This document shows, in pieces, positions 22,657 to 41,666 of a stretch of DNA of 64,000 bases (position 1 is its first letter; the number at the start of each line of letters is the position of its first letter). Where the stretch lies: NCBI RefSeq assembly GCF_009914755.1, contig NC_060931.1. One strand, 5' to 3'. The translations under genes and the position numbers were made by a program. The notes under the pieces are model-generated. The model searched no databases. It was not told the DNA's origin and saw nothing but the letters and a program-made list of their open reading frames with translations. Source of the DNA: the human T2T-CHM13v2.0 reference genome, Homo sapiens.

Positions 22657-23842
22657 CTGGAATGTTAGAAGCTGGATGAATGCCTGTGTAAAATGAAGCC
22701 CCAATGAGGCTGATCTCTAGAATTTCTGCTTACACTATCAGTCCGTCCACTGAGCACCTCAATCCCCTTACTCCTCTGAACAAAAACCTTCCCTTCACAA
22801 GATTCTGAACAGAAGCATATATTCAGGGCAACTTGAATCCATGGGATGAAAAAAAAAAAATACCAAAGTCCACAACACCTAGCTCAGCCACCCAGGCCTC
22901 CCAAGGACTGGTTCTCCCACACCCTTCCAGTGCCAGGTCCTCTGCCTCCTGACCCAAATATTGGAGCCTCTCACTGTTCCTTGAGCATGCACTACTCAGG
23001 CCCAGACTCTGGTCCACCCCATCCACTCTCTTAAACACACTCCCCACTTCAAGGAATGAAATCCCATCCATGCTCAAGGCCCAACTCAAGCATCAGCTCC
23101 TCCTCAAAGCCTTTCATATGGCTTCAGCAAGAAGAAATCCTTCCCTCCCTGGAACGGGTAGAGGTATCTGTGCATAATACTCACAAGGCACTCACTGCAT
23201 GCTGGCTGCTTTGTGTGAGGCATGAGAGCTCCCCAGTCCAGAATCTGAAGGTCAGTTATATTAGCTGGGTGGCCACTGTCCTCTCACCTTTCTGGGCCTG
23301 TCGCCCCACCCTCCCAACCCTCACTCCTACTGCTTTTTCTCCATAGTCCTCACCAACTTCTACTTTACCATATAACTTAAGAGTACGCCTGTCCTCTCAC
23401 TAGTATGTAAGCTCCATGAGGGCAGAGATTTCTGTTTTATTCACTGTTACATCCTTGGCACCTGCAAGAGTTGGTACTCAGTAAATACCTGTTGGATGAA
23501 TAAATGAATTCCAGCCTGGCCAAGGTGGCGAAACCCCATCTCTACTAAACATACAAAAATTAGCCAGGTGTGGTGTTGCAGACCTGTAATCCCAGCTACT
23601 CAGGGGGCTGAGGCACAAGAATTGCTTGAACCCAGGAAGCAGAGGCTGCAGTGATGTGAGACTGCATCACTGCACACCAGCCTGGGCAACAAAGTGAGAC
23701 GCTGTCTCAAAAAAAAAAAAAAAGAATGAATAAATGAATGAATATACAAAATGAAGTTGACCCCTATTATTGAGTTCATGATTCTTTTATTTAGTTAGGT
23801 AGTTTTTGAGACGGAGTTTAGCTCTCGTTGCCCAGGCTGTAG

Positions 23843-24094
<252 letters not shown>

Positions 24095-24108
24095 TGATTC
24101 TTTTAGAG

Positions 24109-24638
24109 CAGTGGTCCCCAACCTTTTTGGCCCCAAGGACCAGTTTCATGAAAGGAATTCACTTTTTCCGTGACCGGGGTGGGGGGATGGTTTTGGGATT
24201 ATTCAGATACATTAAATTTATTGTGCACTTTATTTCCATTATTATTACACCGTAATATATAATGAAATAATTATACAACTCACCATAACGTAGAATCAGT
24301 GGGAGCCCTGAGCTTGTTTTCCTGCAACCAGGTGGTCCCATCTAGGGGTGATGGGAGACAGTGACAGATCATCACGCATTAGATTCTCATAAGGAGCACA
24401 TAACCTAGATCCCTCCCATGTGCAGTACACAATAGGGTTCATGTGCCTATGAGAATCTAATGCCCCTGCTGATCTGACAGGAGGCCGAGCTCAAGCAGTG
24501 ATGTGAGCAATGCGGAGACACTGTAAATACAGATGAAGCTTTGCTTGCTCACCTGCTGCTCACCTCCGGCTGTGCAGCCCGGTTCCTAACAGGCCACAGA
24601 CCACAACAGGTCCATGGCTCAGGGGTTAGGGACCCCTG
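24109..24638 (+). mobile_element. Full-length MER1A (hAT-Charlie non-autonomous DNA transposon)
   Basis: TIRs cagtggtcccc / agggacccctg; 8-bp target ttttagag at 24101-24108 and 24702-24709; MER1A internal sequence. Confidence 0.88.
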
Positions 24639-24709
24639 TTTTATTTATTTATTTACTATTTATTTATTTTTGTAAATTGATATCCCATTTCAGTACCCCT
24701 GTTTTAGAG

Positions 24710-24865
24710 CAATGGTTGTCAAAGTGTGGTCCTCAGACCAGTAGCATCAGCTGGGAACTTGTCAGAAAAGCAAATTCCTAGGCCCTATCCCAGAGCTACT
24801 GAATCGGAAACTGTAAAACAAGCTCTCTACATGATTCAGAAGTATATGTAGTTTAAACACTACTG
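24710..24865 (+). mobile_element. MER5A-like hAT-Charlie element
   Basis: caatggttgtcaaagtgtggtcctcagaccagtagcatcagc start; flanked by ttttagag / tgctagag. Confidence 0.75.
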
Positions 24866-25129
24866 TGCTAGAGCATCTAGAACTCTGTATACCCAAAAAG
24901 GTATGTGGTAGGCACATAATAATATTTATCAAAAGACAAGCCTGGACCTGGGGGTCTGCAGACACACCCCTGAGCTCCTCCCCAGTGAATTTTCGTCATC
25001 CTTGGGTCTTATCCCTGCCATCCCAGGATTCCATCCTAACCTCCCCCACACACAGACACAAAAACATATAGTTAAACCTTCTCTGTGCTTTCATAGCTAC
25101 TTACCTTTCTTCTATCATATACATGGGTG

Positions 25130-25340
25130 GACTACAGACCATAGATTATGGCCATGAACTACCTGGGTTCAAATCTCCACTCAACCACTTAGTAGTTATG
25201 TTCCTTGGGCAAATCATTTGAACTTTCTGAGCCTCAGTTTCTTCATTTGTAATGAGGTACCTACCTCACTGTCTTGTGAAGTTAAACAAATTATTCTAAG
25301 ATTAAATGAGTTAACATATGTGAAGGCACATGGTAAGGAC
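25130..25340. mobile_element. MIR SINE (others at ~4640-4810, ~12570-12730, ~14160-14380, ~54860-55030)
   Basis: cctgggttcaaatc...ccttgggcaaatca...ctgagcctcagtttcttcatttgtaa core. Confidence 0.75.
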
Positions 25341-25765
25341 TGTGTGTGAACTCTATGAGAGACAGAGTGTGTGCTACTGTCTTACTGTACTTATCGCACT
25401 ATGTTGTAATAGCCTAGGCTGTAAGTGGTAGGGATGGGGAAGAAGCATACTAGACTAGGACTAGTCTCTGTCTTGAGGGATAGATGCTGAAAAATGTTTG
25501 ATGAAGGGATGGTAGATCCTCCATGCTCTTTCAACTGCCCTACACTGCCTCACAGTGGCTGCCAGCCCTAGAGATGCTCTAGATAGTAGGACAACTTGTT
25601 CTACTGGAATTAATTACCATCAGCTCAAGCAAGAAATTCTTCCCTATGAAAGAAGCACATGAAAGAAGATACACAAATGGTCAATACGCACATGATGCTC
25701 AACATCATTAGCCATTAGAGAAATGCAGATCAAAACCACAATGAGATATCATTTCACACCCACTA

Positions 25766-26062
<297 letters not shown>

Positions 26063-27359
26063 CTATCTCAAAAAAAAAAGAAAAAACTTTCTGATTGTAG
26101 TCTATTAAGTCTATTAATGGCACTGACCACCAAAAAGTACTTTTGCATGTCATCTTTGTGTTGTCAAACAATACCTTGATTTTGAAGTATATAATCATTG
26201 ATAATAAAAATTGTTATATATTTTATTGACATGAATTCAGACATTCAGTTCATTCACTACACATATACTTTGGTCCAGTCTTTGCTTCACTTATGTCTCT
26301 GTGGCTTCAGGCAAGTCAGGTAACTTCTTACTTCCACCCTTGACTGTAAAACAGATGATACTTATCTTGCCTACTGACCTCTTACGGCAATTTGGGGAAA
26401 TACCTTGGTGCTGAATTAGTTTCTAGGCTCAGACGCTAAACATACAATACATATTAATTGGTAAAGACTTGGGATTTGAAACTTGATCTTTTGAACTAGA
26501 TGCCAAGAAGTCCAATCTTCATGACAACTCTGTATAAGGTCATAGGTATAATCACTACTTTACAGAAAAAATAAACTCCAGCCTGGGCAACTGAGTGATA
26601 CCCTGTCTCAAAAGAAAAACAAAAACCAAACAAAAATTAGCCAGATGTGGTGGTGTGTGCCTGTAGTCCCAGCTATTTGGGAAGCTGATGTTGGAGGATC
26701 GCTTGAGCCCTGGATGTTGAGGCTGCATGAGCCATGATTGCACCACTGCATAATTGGCCTGGGTGACAGAGAGAGACCTTGTCTCAAAAAAAAAAAAAAA
26801 AGGTAGAGCAGGGCGGCCTGCACCTGTAGTCCCGGTTCAGCTACTTCGGAGGCTGAGGTGGGAAGATCATCTTCAACCTAGAAGATGGAGGCTGCAATGA
26901 ATTGTGATCACACCACTGCACTCCAGCCTAGGTGACAGAGTGAAAGCCTGTCTAAAAATATATATAAAATAAAATAAAAACGAATGTCTGCTCGTGGTGG
27001 CAGGATCTAGGAGCCTGTAGTCCTAACTACTTGAGAGCCTGAGGTGGGAGGATCTCTTGAGCCCAGAAGTTCAAGTCCAGCCTGGGCAACATACCACGAC
27101 TCTGTCTCAAAAAAGAAAAAAAAATCTTGCTATTAAAAAATGTCACAAATTTTTTAAAGACAAATGATAAATTAAAAAAATACTTGGCCAGGCGCTGTGG
27201 CTCACGCCTGTAATCCCAACACTTTGGGAGGCCAAGGCGGGCGGATCTCGAGGACAGGAGATCGAGACCATCCTGGCTAACACGGTGAAACCCCATCTCT
27301 ACTAAAAATACAAAAATTAGCTGGGCGTGGTAGCGGGCACCTGTAGTCCCAGCTACTCA

Positions 27360-27506
<147 letters not shown>

Positions 27507-27553
27507 TCACACCTGTAATCCCAGCACTTTGGGAGGCTGAGGCGGGTGGATCA

Positions 27554-27868
<315 letters not shown>

Positions 27869-27943
27869 TCAATTTTCCTCAAAAAAAGAAAAGAAAATTA
27901 AGACAATGAAGTACATTGTTACAGCATTTAAAGAGATGCATGA

Positions 27944-28162
<219 letters not shown>

Positions 28163-29160
28163 TAGTAGAGACGGGGTTTCACCGTGTTAGGCAGGATGGT
28201 CTCGATCTCCTGACCTCGTGATCCACCCGCCTCGGCCTCCCAAAGTGCTGGGATTACAGGCGTGAGCCACTGCGCCCTGCCAAGTTTTTTGATACCAAGT
28301 AACAGAACTCCAAATTTCACATAGGGAATTAAAAAAAAATCATCTGAGGAATACCAGAGGTTTTCACTCAATTGAGGGGTTGTATCCAATTCAGAGAAGT
28401 GGCCAGGTTTCCCCTGCTAGGAGGAGTGCAAGAATCACTAGAACCAATATGGCTGTTTGCTGACATGCTCTGTCTCCATTTCTTGTTTCTGCAGGTTTGT
28501 ATATGGGCTTTGTTCTAAGATGCAGGTTGTCTTCTGCCACATATCAAAAAACAACGCCCTTGACATCTCTTAACTTGAACATCTGGCAGCTCCATTATCA
28601 GAAACTAGGTCTTTCCCAGCATCAGTGTTTTACGTCACTGGCTTGGGACTGCAGCCCTGCCCACCAATCAGCTATGAGCAGACCAGTGCTTTGTAGTGCA
28701 GACTTAACTACCAGAGCCCACCCCTGTGGTTTGGAAATCATTCCCCAGAAGGGGAAACCACAAAGAGTTAAGAGTAACTTGTAGAAGAATTTGACCATAT
28801 GTAACAAAAGCTCTATGAATGGGTATAAGCTTGACCCAGCAATAGCATTTCTACCAATTTACCCCAAGGAAGTAATTAAGAATACATGCAGAGACTCAGC
28901 TGTAAGAATATGCTTTACAGTATCATCAATAATGGAGAGAAATAATCCAATATGAAACTTTCAATTAATTATCATACATCTACACAGCCATCAAAGTAGT
29001 GTTATAAAAATATACTTATTGATATTGGAAACTGTTTATTTTTAAAAAGCATATTAAAAAACGGTCAGCCGGGCGCGGTGGCTCACGCCTGTAATCCCAG
29101 CACTTTGGGAGGCTGAGGCGGGCGGATCACGAGGTCAGGAGATCGAAACCATCCTGGCTA

Positions 29161-29421
<261 letters not shown>

Positions 29422-30179
29422 TCACGAGGTCAGGAGATCGAGACCATCCTGGCTAACAGGGTGAAACCCCGTCTCTACTAAAAATACAAAAATTTAGCCT
29501 GGCATGGTAGCGGGCACCTGTAGTCCCAGCTACTCGGGAGGCTGAGGCAGGAGAATGACGTGAACCGGTGAACCCAGCTAATTTTTTGTATTTTTAGTAG
29601 AGACGGGGTTTCACCGTGTTAGCCAGGATGGTTTCGATCTCCTGACCTCGTGATCCACTCGCCTCGGCCTCCCAAAGTGCTGGGATTACAGGCGCCAGCC
29701 GGCCAATAAACTGTCTTTAAACAGAAACACACATAAAACAAGATTATGTATTGATCAGTTGAGGGAATATTGTGACCAAAGCCTTGCAGAAACCTAACCC
29801 AGAATTTCTCCTAAAAGCAATGGTTCAGTGTTTGCTAGTTCAGTATTTGCTGGGACTTTATAACAAAATTACTACATATAATGAGAACCGACAGTATGGG
29901 GCCGGGCGCAGCGGCTCACACCTGTAATCCCAGCACTTTGGGAGGCTGAAGCAGGTGGATCTCCTGAGATCAGGAGTTAAAGACCAGCCTGGCCAACATG
30001 GCGAAACCCCTTCTCTACTAAAAATACAAAAATTAGACGGCTGTGGTGGCACACACCTGCAGTCTCAGCTACTTGGGAGGCTGAGGCAGAAGAATTGCTA
30101 GAACCTGAGAGGCGAGGTTACCGTGAGCTAAGATCCCGCCACTGCACTCCAGCCTGAGCAACAGAGCTAGACTCCATCT

Positions 30180-30218
<39 letters not shown>

Positions 30219-30281
30219 GACACTATCCTGACACTATCTAGGAATGGAATTTCTGGATCATATGAAACCCGACTGGTAGCT

Positions 30282-31291
30282 CTATCCTCGCCCACCACTG
30301 CCGCCTCCTTCTGCCGCTCCTGGTGCTGCTTGTGTGCTCGTTTGGTGCGGACCTGGTACCTCTTTTGTGAAGTGGCAGCTGAGGAGACCGGCGCTCGCCA
30401 TGGCCGACGAAAAGCCCAACCAAGGAGTCAAGTCGGAGAACAACGATCATACTAATTTGAAGGTGGCGGGGCAGGATGGTTCTGTGGTGCAGTTTAAGAT
30501 TAAGAGGCATACACCACTTAGTAAACTAATGAAAGCCTATTGTAAGCAACAGGGATTGTCAATGAGGCAGATCAGATTCCGATTCGACGGGCAACCAATC
30601 AAGGAAACAGACACACCTGCACAGTTGGAAATGGAGAATGAAGATACAATTGATGTGTTCCAACAGCAGACGGGAGGTGTCTACTGAAAAGGGAACCTGC
30701 TTCTTTACTCCAGAACTCTGTTCCTTAAAGACCAAGATTACATTCTCAATTAGAAAACTGCAATTTGGTTCCACCACATCCTGACTACTACCATATGGTT
30801 TTCTCTGTTCTTTCATTTCCCCCTTCCCCATTCCTTTATTGTACATAACTGGTATATGTGCACAAGCATATTGCATTTTTTTTAACTAAACAGCCAATGG
30901 TATGTTTTGATTGACATCAAGTGGAGACGGGATGGGGAAAAAGTACTGATTCTGTGAAAATACCCCCTTTCTCCATTAGTGGCATGCTCATTCAGCTCTT
31001 TATATTCCAGTAAGTTATTTTGCTCTCACTGTTTTAACAACAAAAAAAACACACAAAAATCCTTGCATACCTTGTTCAATTGCAGAATTTTAATGTTTTT
31101 CACTTATCATTGTAAAACCAAGGACAATTTTATAACTTTTTTGTACATAGCTGTTACATGTAGGGCAATCTGTCTTTAAGTAGGGACAAATTAAAACAAA
31201 AAAAGAAACCTAGATAGTTTTCCCTTCAAGTCAAGCGTCTTGTTGTTTAAATAAACTTCTTGTTTAAAAAAAAAAAAAGAAAGAAAGAAAA
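30282..31291 (+). pseudogene. SUMO2P3: SUMO2 processed retrocopy (5'UTR, intronless CDS, 3'UTR, AATAAA, poly(A))
   Basis: Intronless SUMO2 mRNA copy; AATAAA 31250-31255; poly(A) from 31266; degenerate 18-bp TSD gaaacccgactggtagct (30264-30281) / gaaactccactggtaact (31292-31309). SUMO2 origin is certain; the locus number is from memory. Confidence 0.93.
30400..30687 (+). CDS. Open 95-aa SUMO2-like ORF inside the retrocopy (translation unproven)
   Basis: gccATGG Kozak; [22 protein letters not shown]...QQQTGGVY*; no stop or frameshift; 8 substitutions versus SUMO2 as recalled. Confidence 0.45.
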
Positions 31292-31719
31292 GAAACTCCA
31301 CTGGTAACTTTCTGAGGAACTGCCAAAACTTCACTTTATAGTTTTGTAGGTTGCAAAAAAATAATCTGATGTCCAAGATCACCAGAGGAACAACACCTGT
31401 TCCCCCCTCCTATCCAATGGTCTCTCTCCTGAGTGCACTGACTTACTTGCAGAGGAGGAATAAACACAAAAGAAGAAGAAAAAAGCAAGTCAAAGGACAT
31501 AAATATGGCTCCCTGTGACTTCTCTTATGGAGGTGTGCCCTACTTCACAGTCTTTTATACACAGACAGAAGATAGTCACCATTTTGGACTTTCTCTTTGT
31601 TCTGCTTTTTTGGTTTTTTTACTTTTTCTTACTTTCTTACTTCTTTGTACTGACTCATACGTCTCCACATTACAAATGTAATAAATTAACTAGATGCAAC
31701 AAGAAACAGACTAAACAAG

Positions 31720-32303
31720 GCTGAAAGCAAATTAATGGCATGGAAGAAAGTATGATCTGAAGCCAGGTGTGGTGGCTTAGGCCTGTAATCCCTGAGTAAT
31801 CTCAAAAAAAAAAAAAAAAAAAAAAACAGAAAAGAAAAAAAGAAAAGAAAGTTTGTGATCTGAGAGACCAAAATAGACACCACTTTATCGACTAAGTTGC
31901 ACTCAAAGCTTCAGGAAATGAAGTTACCTACGGGCAGAGGGTTCAGGGCCTGGCTGGCATGGCAAATGTCTAAATTCCTTTGGCTAAACTCCCTAACAAT
32001 AGGAGCTATCAATTCTGATTTACAACCCAGACCACTACAACTCTGATTGGACAGGGGACGGGCCTCACAAACATTCTTTTCTGATAAGCTACTGCAGGCT
32101 TTTGGCCAGTTTCAGCAGCTTATAGAGGATTTGCACGAACTGTCTGTGTATCCTGTAGTTCACTTTTTGTTGTAAAGAGCCAAATTCCATCTCGTTTTAA
32201 TGCTAAAACTCAGTCTCAAAGTAAATGTGGGATGTGTGTGACATATGTGTTTACCCAATTCCCTTATAAATATGTATAGCATTTCCCTCAAAGCTGCTGA
32301 ATA
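31720..32303 (+). mobile_element. Probable ERV1-class LTR remnant (subfamily not assigned)
   Basis: LTR-like composition with ctgattgg CCAAT element; interrupted by a collapsed Alu and abutting THE1. Confidence 0.4.
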
Positions 32304-32686
32304 TGATATGGTTTGGTGATATACTTTGGCTGTGTCCCCACCCAAATCTCATCTTGAATTGTAGTTCCCATAATCCCGACGTGTGGTGGGAGGGACCTGG
32401 TGGGAGGTAATTGAATCATGAGGGTTGTTATCTCCATGCTGTTCTGGTGATAGTGAGTTCTCACCAGATCTGATGGTTTTATAAGGGGCTTTCCCCTCAT
32501 TGCTCAGCACTTCTCCTTGCTGCTGCCATGTGAAGAAGGACGTGTTTGCTTCCCCTTCTCCCATGATTGTAAGTTTCCTGAGGCCTCCCTAGCCCTGTGG
32601 AACTGTGAGCCAATTAAACTTCTTTCTTTTATAAATTGCCCAGTCTCAGGTATTTCTTCATAGCAGCATGAGAATAGACTAATACA
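32304..32686 (+). mobile_element. THE1 MaLR solo LTR
   Basis: tgatatggtttgg...ctgtgtccccacccaaatctcatcttgaattgtag...gactaataca. Confidence 0.88.
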
Positions 32687-33351
32687 ATATGTATGATACT
32701 GGCCTTATGAGACTTAACTAACTCTCAAGCTATCCTTCTCCTCTTCTAAGAGAGTGCACCTTCCAGCCACATCAGAGCCATAAGCCAAAAAAGAAAAAGA
32801 ATTCTAAGCAATAATAAAAAAGAGGTGAGCAAAAGGGAGTAGTGGGAGAGAGTGTAACAGTGATGAAGTCCTCACAGACCTTCTTGGAATTGGATATCTG
32901 CAGCAGTCTATCAAAGAGAAAGTTTTACCATGTACCAGGATATCAATGGATGCTTTAAAAGTGGAAATATGTGGTTAAAACTGAAAGAAACCAATATTCT
33001 TCTGTAATATACTAGGGATTGTAGAGCTGAAGAAGATTAAAGGGCAGAGGACACTCTACCCTTCCCTCCGCTTGCCTGATGGCAGGACGGCAATTTACAA
33101 AGACAAAAGGTTTTCCTGCCTCCTCTCTGCCTTTCCCACCTAAAGATAGGATTTGAAGGGTTTGCTTATAAGCTCATAGACAAAAGCGCCAGAGACTTTT
33201 CTCTTCCCATAGATTATTAACCTTCCGACATTTTCCCACCTTTTGGAAACCTGAAGATGCTCTCTTGTCACTATAGGATTTATGAGTCTTTGTTAAAATA
33301 CTATTTAAGCAAGGCCCCTAAGCCACTGCCTTGAGAAAGAAATCCACTTGA

Positions 33352-33632
<281 letters not shown>

Positions 33633-34077
33633 TGATTCACCCGTCTCAGCCTCCCAAATTGCCAGGATTACAGGCATGAGCCACAGTGCCCAGCCAAACT
33701 TCTGCTGACTTTTATTTTTAGGAGGCTATTTCACCTAAGAACCTATGAGGGCAAGAAAATAAAATATATTTTCTCCCCTAGAAAACACAGAATCACTCTT
33801 AAGAGTTGTGTGTGTGTGGCTGTCTGTGTATGTCTGTATGTGTGCTGTGAAACATGCCCATTTAGTAGTTTTTATAAACATAATCATTTTTCTTCATGTT
33901 AAATGACTCTTTTGGGAATTAATATCTCTAGTAGTAAAAAAAACTTCTTTAATTTCACAAATATGTCATTTTCTGTTAACTTTAAGTAAAATAAAATTTA
34001 GTAATTTCTATTTTAAGAAGCATGTGTGAATACTCTCCCTTTCATCTCTGTATTACTCTAGCTACCTATGTCTTTAA

Positions 34078-34377
<300 letters not shown>

Positions 34378-34920
34378 TAGGTCTACTTTAAAAGAAATGC
34401 TTAACGGAGTTTTTCAAGTAAAAATGAAAGAAAGCAGCTGGGTATGGTGGCTCATGCCTGTAATCCCAGCATTTTGGGAGGCCGAGGAGGGTGGATCACT
34501 TGAGGTCAGGAGGTCAAGACCAGCCAGGCCAACGTGGCAAAAACCCACGCCTTCTGAAAATACAAAAAATTAGCCAGGTGTGGTGGCGGGTGCCTGTAAT
34601 CCCAACTACTCAGGGGGCTGAGGCAGGAGAATCAATTAAACCATGAGGCGGAGGTTGCAGTGAGCCGAGATCACACCACTGCCCTCCAGCCTGGGTGACA
34701 GAGCAACACTCTGTCTCAAAAAGGAAAAAAAAAAGAATGCTAATTAATCACATGAAAGCATAAGAAAATATATAATATTCAGCAGTAAATGTGCATATAC
34801 TTGGGAGGCTGAGGCCGGAGAATTGCTTGAACCCAGGAAGTGGAGGTTTCAGTGAGCTGAGATCGCACCACTGCACTCCAGCCTGCCAAACTGCATCTCA
34901 AAAAAAAAAAAACAAAAAAC

Positions 34921-38788
<3,868 letters not shown>

Positions 38789-40118
38789 TTCGGGCTTGGT
38801 GCAGAAACTCACTCCAAATACATTACCTTTAAAAATATTTATATAATGGTAGAAATATTCCAAAATTCCATATTTTGAGATTTATACACAAAAGATAAAC
38901 AAATTAGAGGCCAAGAAAAACGGGGCCTGGAAAGGCCGTTGTGAGGAATGAGCTGGGCCTAAAGAGGCCACTGGCAGGCAGGAGCTGGGACTGCCAAAGC
39001 GGCCGAAAGGCAGGAGCTTTGGACTGGGGAGGCCGCAGTGAGGCGAGAGCTAGCTGGGCGTGGAGAGTCCACTGTGAGGCTGAGGCTGGGCCTGTGCAGG
39101 CCTTCGAGAGGCAGGAAGCCAGGCCTGCAAAGGCCGACTGGAGGTCAAGTTCTGGGCCTGAAGAGGCCACCAAAAGTCAAAAGCGGGGCCTGGGAAGGCC
39201 ACTGAGAGCCACGAGCTGGGCTGGGCCGAAAGAGGCCACTGGGAGGCAGGAGAAGCTGGGCCTGGAGAGGCTGACTCGAGGAAGTTTTGCACCGGGAGAG
39301 GCCGCCGAGAGGACGGAGCTGGGCCCGGGGAGGCCAACTTGCAGCTCTTCCAGGCCCACTTCCAGGCCAACTTAAGGACGACTTAGGCCTGCAGAGGCCG
39401 CCGGGAGGCTGGAGCTGGGCCTGGAGAGGCCGACTTCAGCACGATTTAGGCCTGCAGAGGTCGCCGGGAGGCCCAAGCTGGGCCTAGAGGAGCCCACCGA
39501 CCGGAGGCCGTTTGGGGCCTGGAGATGCCGTCGGAGGGCAGGAGCTGAGCCTGGCGAGGCCACCGTGAGGCCTGACCTGGGCCTGGGGAGCTTGGCTTCA
39601 GGAAGTTGTGGGCCTACCAGGGCCACTGGGAGCTGGGCGGGAGCTGAGTCCAAAGACATTGTTGGGAGGCCGGAGTCGGGCCTGGAGATGCAGCCGGGAG
39701 GAAGAGCTGGGCCCGGAGAGGACGCCGGGAGGCTGCAAGTGGGTCTGGAGAGGCTGACTTGAGGAGGCCCGGCCTCTGCCTCCCTCATGGCGGCCTCTGC
39801 AGGCCCAGCTGTTCCTCCTGGCTGCATCTCTCGGCCCAGCTCCTGCCTCCCAGCAAGCAAGCTCTTTTGGCTCAGCTCCCGCCGGCGTTTGTAGACCCCG
39901 AAGTTTCTGCAGCCAAGCTCTTCAGGCCCACATCCTGCCTCCCAGTGGCCTGTAGAGTCCCAGCTCTGGCAGCAGAAGAGCATCTGCAGGCCCCGCTGTT
40001 GCCTCCCAGGGGCGTCTCCAGGCCCAGCTCTCGCCCCACCGCGGCTTCCCGGGGCCAAGTCCCTGCCTGCTCCCGGCAGCCTGCGTGCAGTCCTGCTCCT
40101 CCCTCACAGTGGCCTGTT

Positions 40119-40635
40119 GAGGCAGGGGCTCACGCTGACCTCTCTCTGCGTGGGAGGGGCCGGTGTGAGGCAAGGGGTCAGTGTGGGAGGGGCCAGTGTG
40201 AGGCAAGGGGCTCACGCCCACCTCTCAGCGTGGGAGGGGCCGGTGTGAGGCAAGGGGTCACGCTGACCTCTCTCTGCGTGGGAGGGGCCAGTGTGAAGCA
40301 AGGGGCTCACACCGACCTCTGTCAGCGTGGGAGGGGCCAGTGTGAGGCAAGGGGCTCATGCGGACCTCTCTCAGCGTGGGAGGGGCCGGTGTGAGGCAAG
40401 GGCTCACGCTGACCTCTCTCGGCATGGGAGGGGCCGGTGTGAGGCAAGGGGTCAGCGTGGGAGGGGCCAGTGTGAGGCAAGGGGCTCATGCGGACCTCTC
40501 TCAGCGTGGGAGGGGCCGGTGGGAGGCAAGGGCTCATGCTGACCTCTCTCGGCGTGGGAGGGGCCGGTGTGAGGCAAGGGGCTCACGCTGACCTCTCTCT
40601 GCGTGGGAGGGGTCGGTGTGAGGCAGGGACTCACG
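40119..40635 (+). repeat. Minisatellite array 1, 49-bp unit ('ajax'-like): 11 full units (9 long, 2 short 33-bp) plus a partial unit
   Basis: Unit GAGGCAAGGGGCTCACGCTGACCTCTCTCAGCGTGGGAGGGGCCGGTGT, counted by eye. Confidence 0.92.
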
Positions 40636-41666
40636 CTTCTGGGCAGGGTGCCAGAGGCATGAGTTGGGCATCAACAGGCCACCGTGAGGGGGGAACTGGG
40701 CCGCACGCGGGCTGCCGGGAGGCAGGCAGGGACTTGGCCCCGGGAGGCTGCCGTGGGGGCGAGAGCTGGGCCTGGAGAGGCCCCTGGGAGGCAAGAGCGG
40801 GGCCTGCAGAGGCTGTTCTACAGCCAGAGCTGGGCCTGTACAGGCCACCGGGAGGCAGTAGGTGGGCCCGAAGAGCTTGGCTCGAGAAAGTTCGGGGCCT
40901 ACAAAGGCGGCTGGGAGCTGGGCAGGAGTTGAGCCAAAAGAGCTTGCTTACTTGCTGGGAGGCAGGGCCGGGAGACGCCGACTTCAGGACGACTTGGGCC
41001 TGCAGAGGTCGCCAGGAGGCCCAAGCTGGGCGTGGAGGAGCCCACCGACCGGAGACCATTTGGGGCCTGGAGACGCCATTGGAGGGCAGGAGCTGATCCT
41101 GGAGAGGCCACCGTGAGGCCTGACCTGGGCCTGGGGAGCTTGGCTTCAGGAAGCTGTGGGCCGACCAAGGCCGCCAGGAGATGGGCAGGCGCTGAGTCCA
41201 AAAAGGTTGTTGGGAGGCAGCAGTCGGGCCTGGAGACGCAGCCGGGAGGAAGAGCTGGGCCCGGAGAGGATGCCGGGAGGCTGCAAGTGAGTCTGGAGAG
41301 GCCGACTTGAGGAGGCCCGGCCTCTGCCTCCCGCATGGTGGCCTCTGCAGGCCCAGCTGTTCCTCCTGGCTGCATCTCTCGGCCCAGCTCCTGCCTCCCA
41401 GCAAGCAAGCTCTTTTGGCTCAGCTCCCGCCGGTGTTTGTAGACCCCGAAGTTTCTGCAGCCAAGCTCTTCAGGCCCACATACTGCCTCCCAGTGGCCTG
41501 TAGAGTCCCAGCTCTGGCAGCAGAAGAGCATCTGCAGGCCCCGCTGTTGCCTCCCAGGGGCGTCTCCAGGCCCAGCTCTCGCCCCACCGCAGCCTCTCGG
41601 GGCCAAGTCCCTGCCTGCTCCCGGCAGCCTGCGTGCAGTCCTGCTCCTCCCTCACGGTGGCCTGTT

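Noticed and set aside
30334-30399. 22-aa N-terminal extension of the SUMO ORF in the track
   Set aside because: It begins at a GTG within the copied 5'UTR; the true start is the ATG at 30400.
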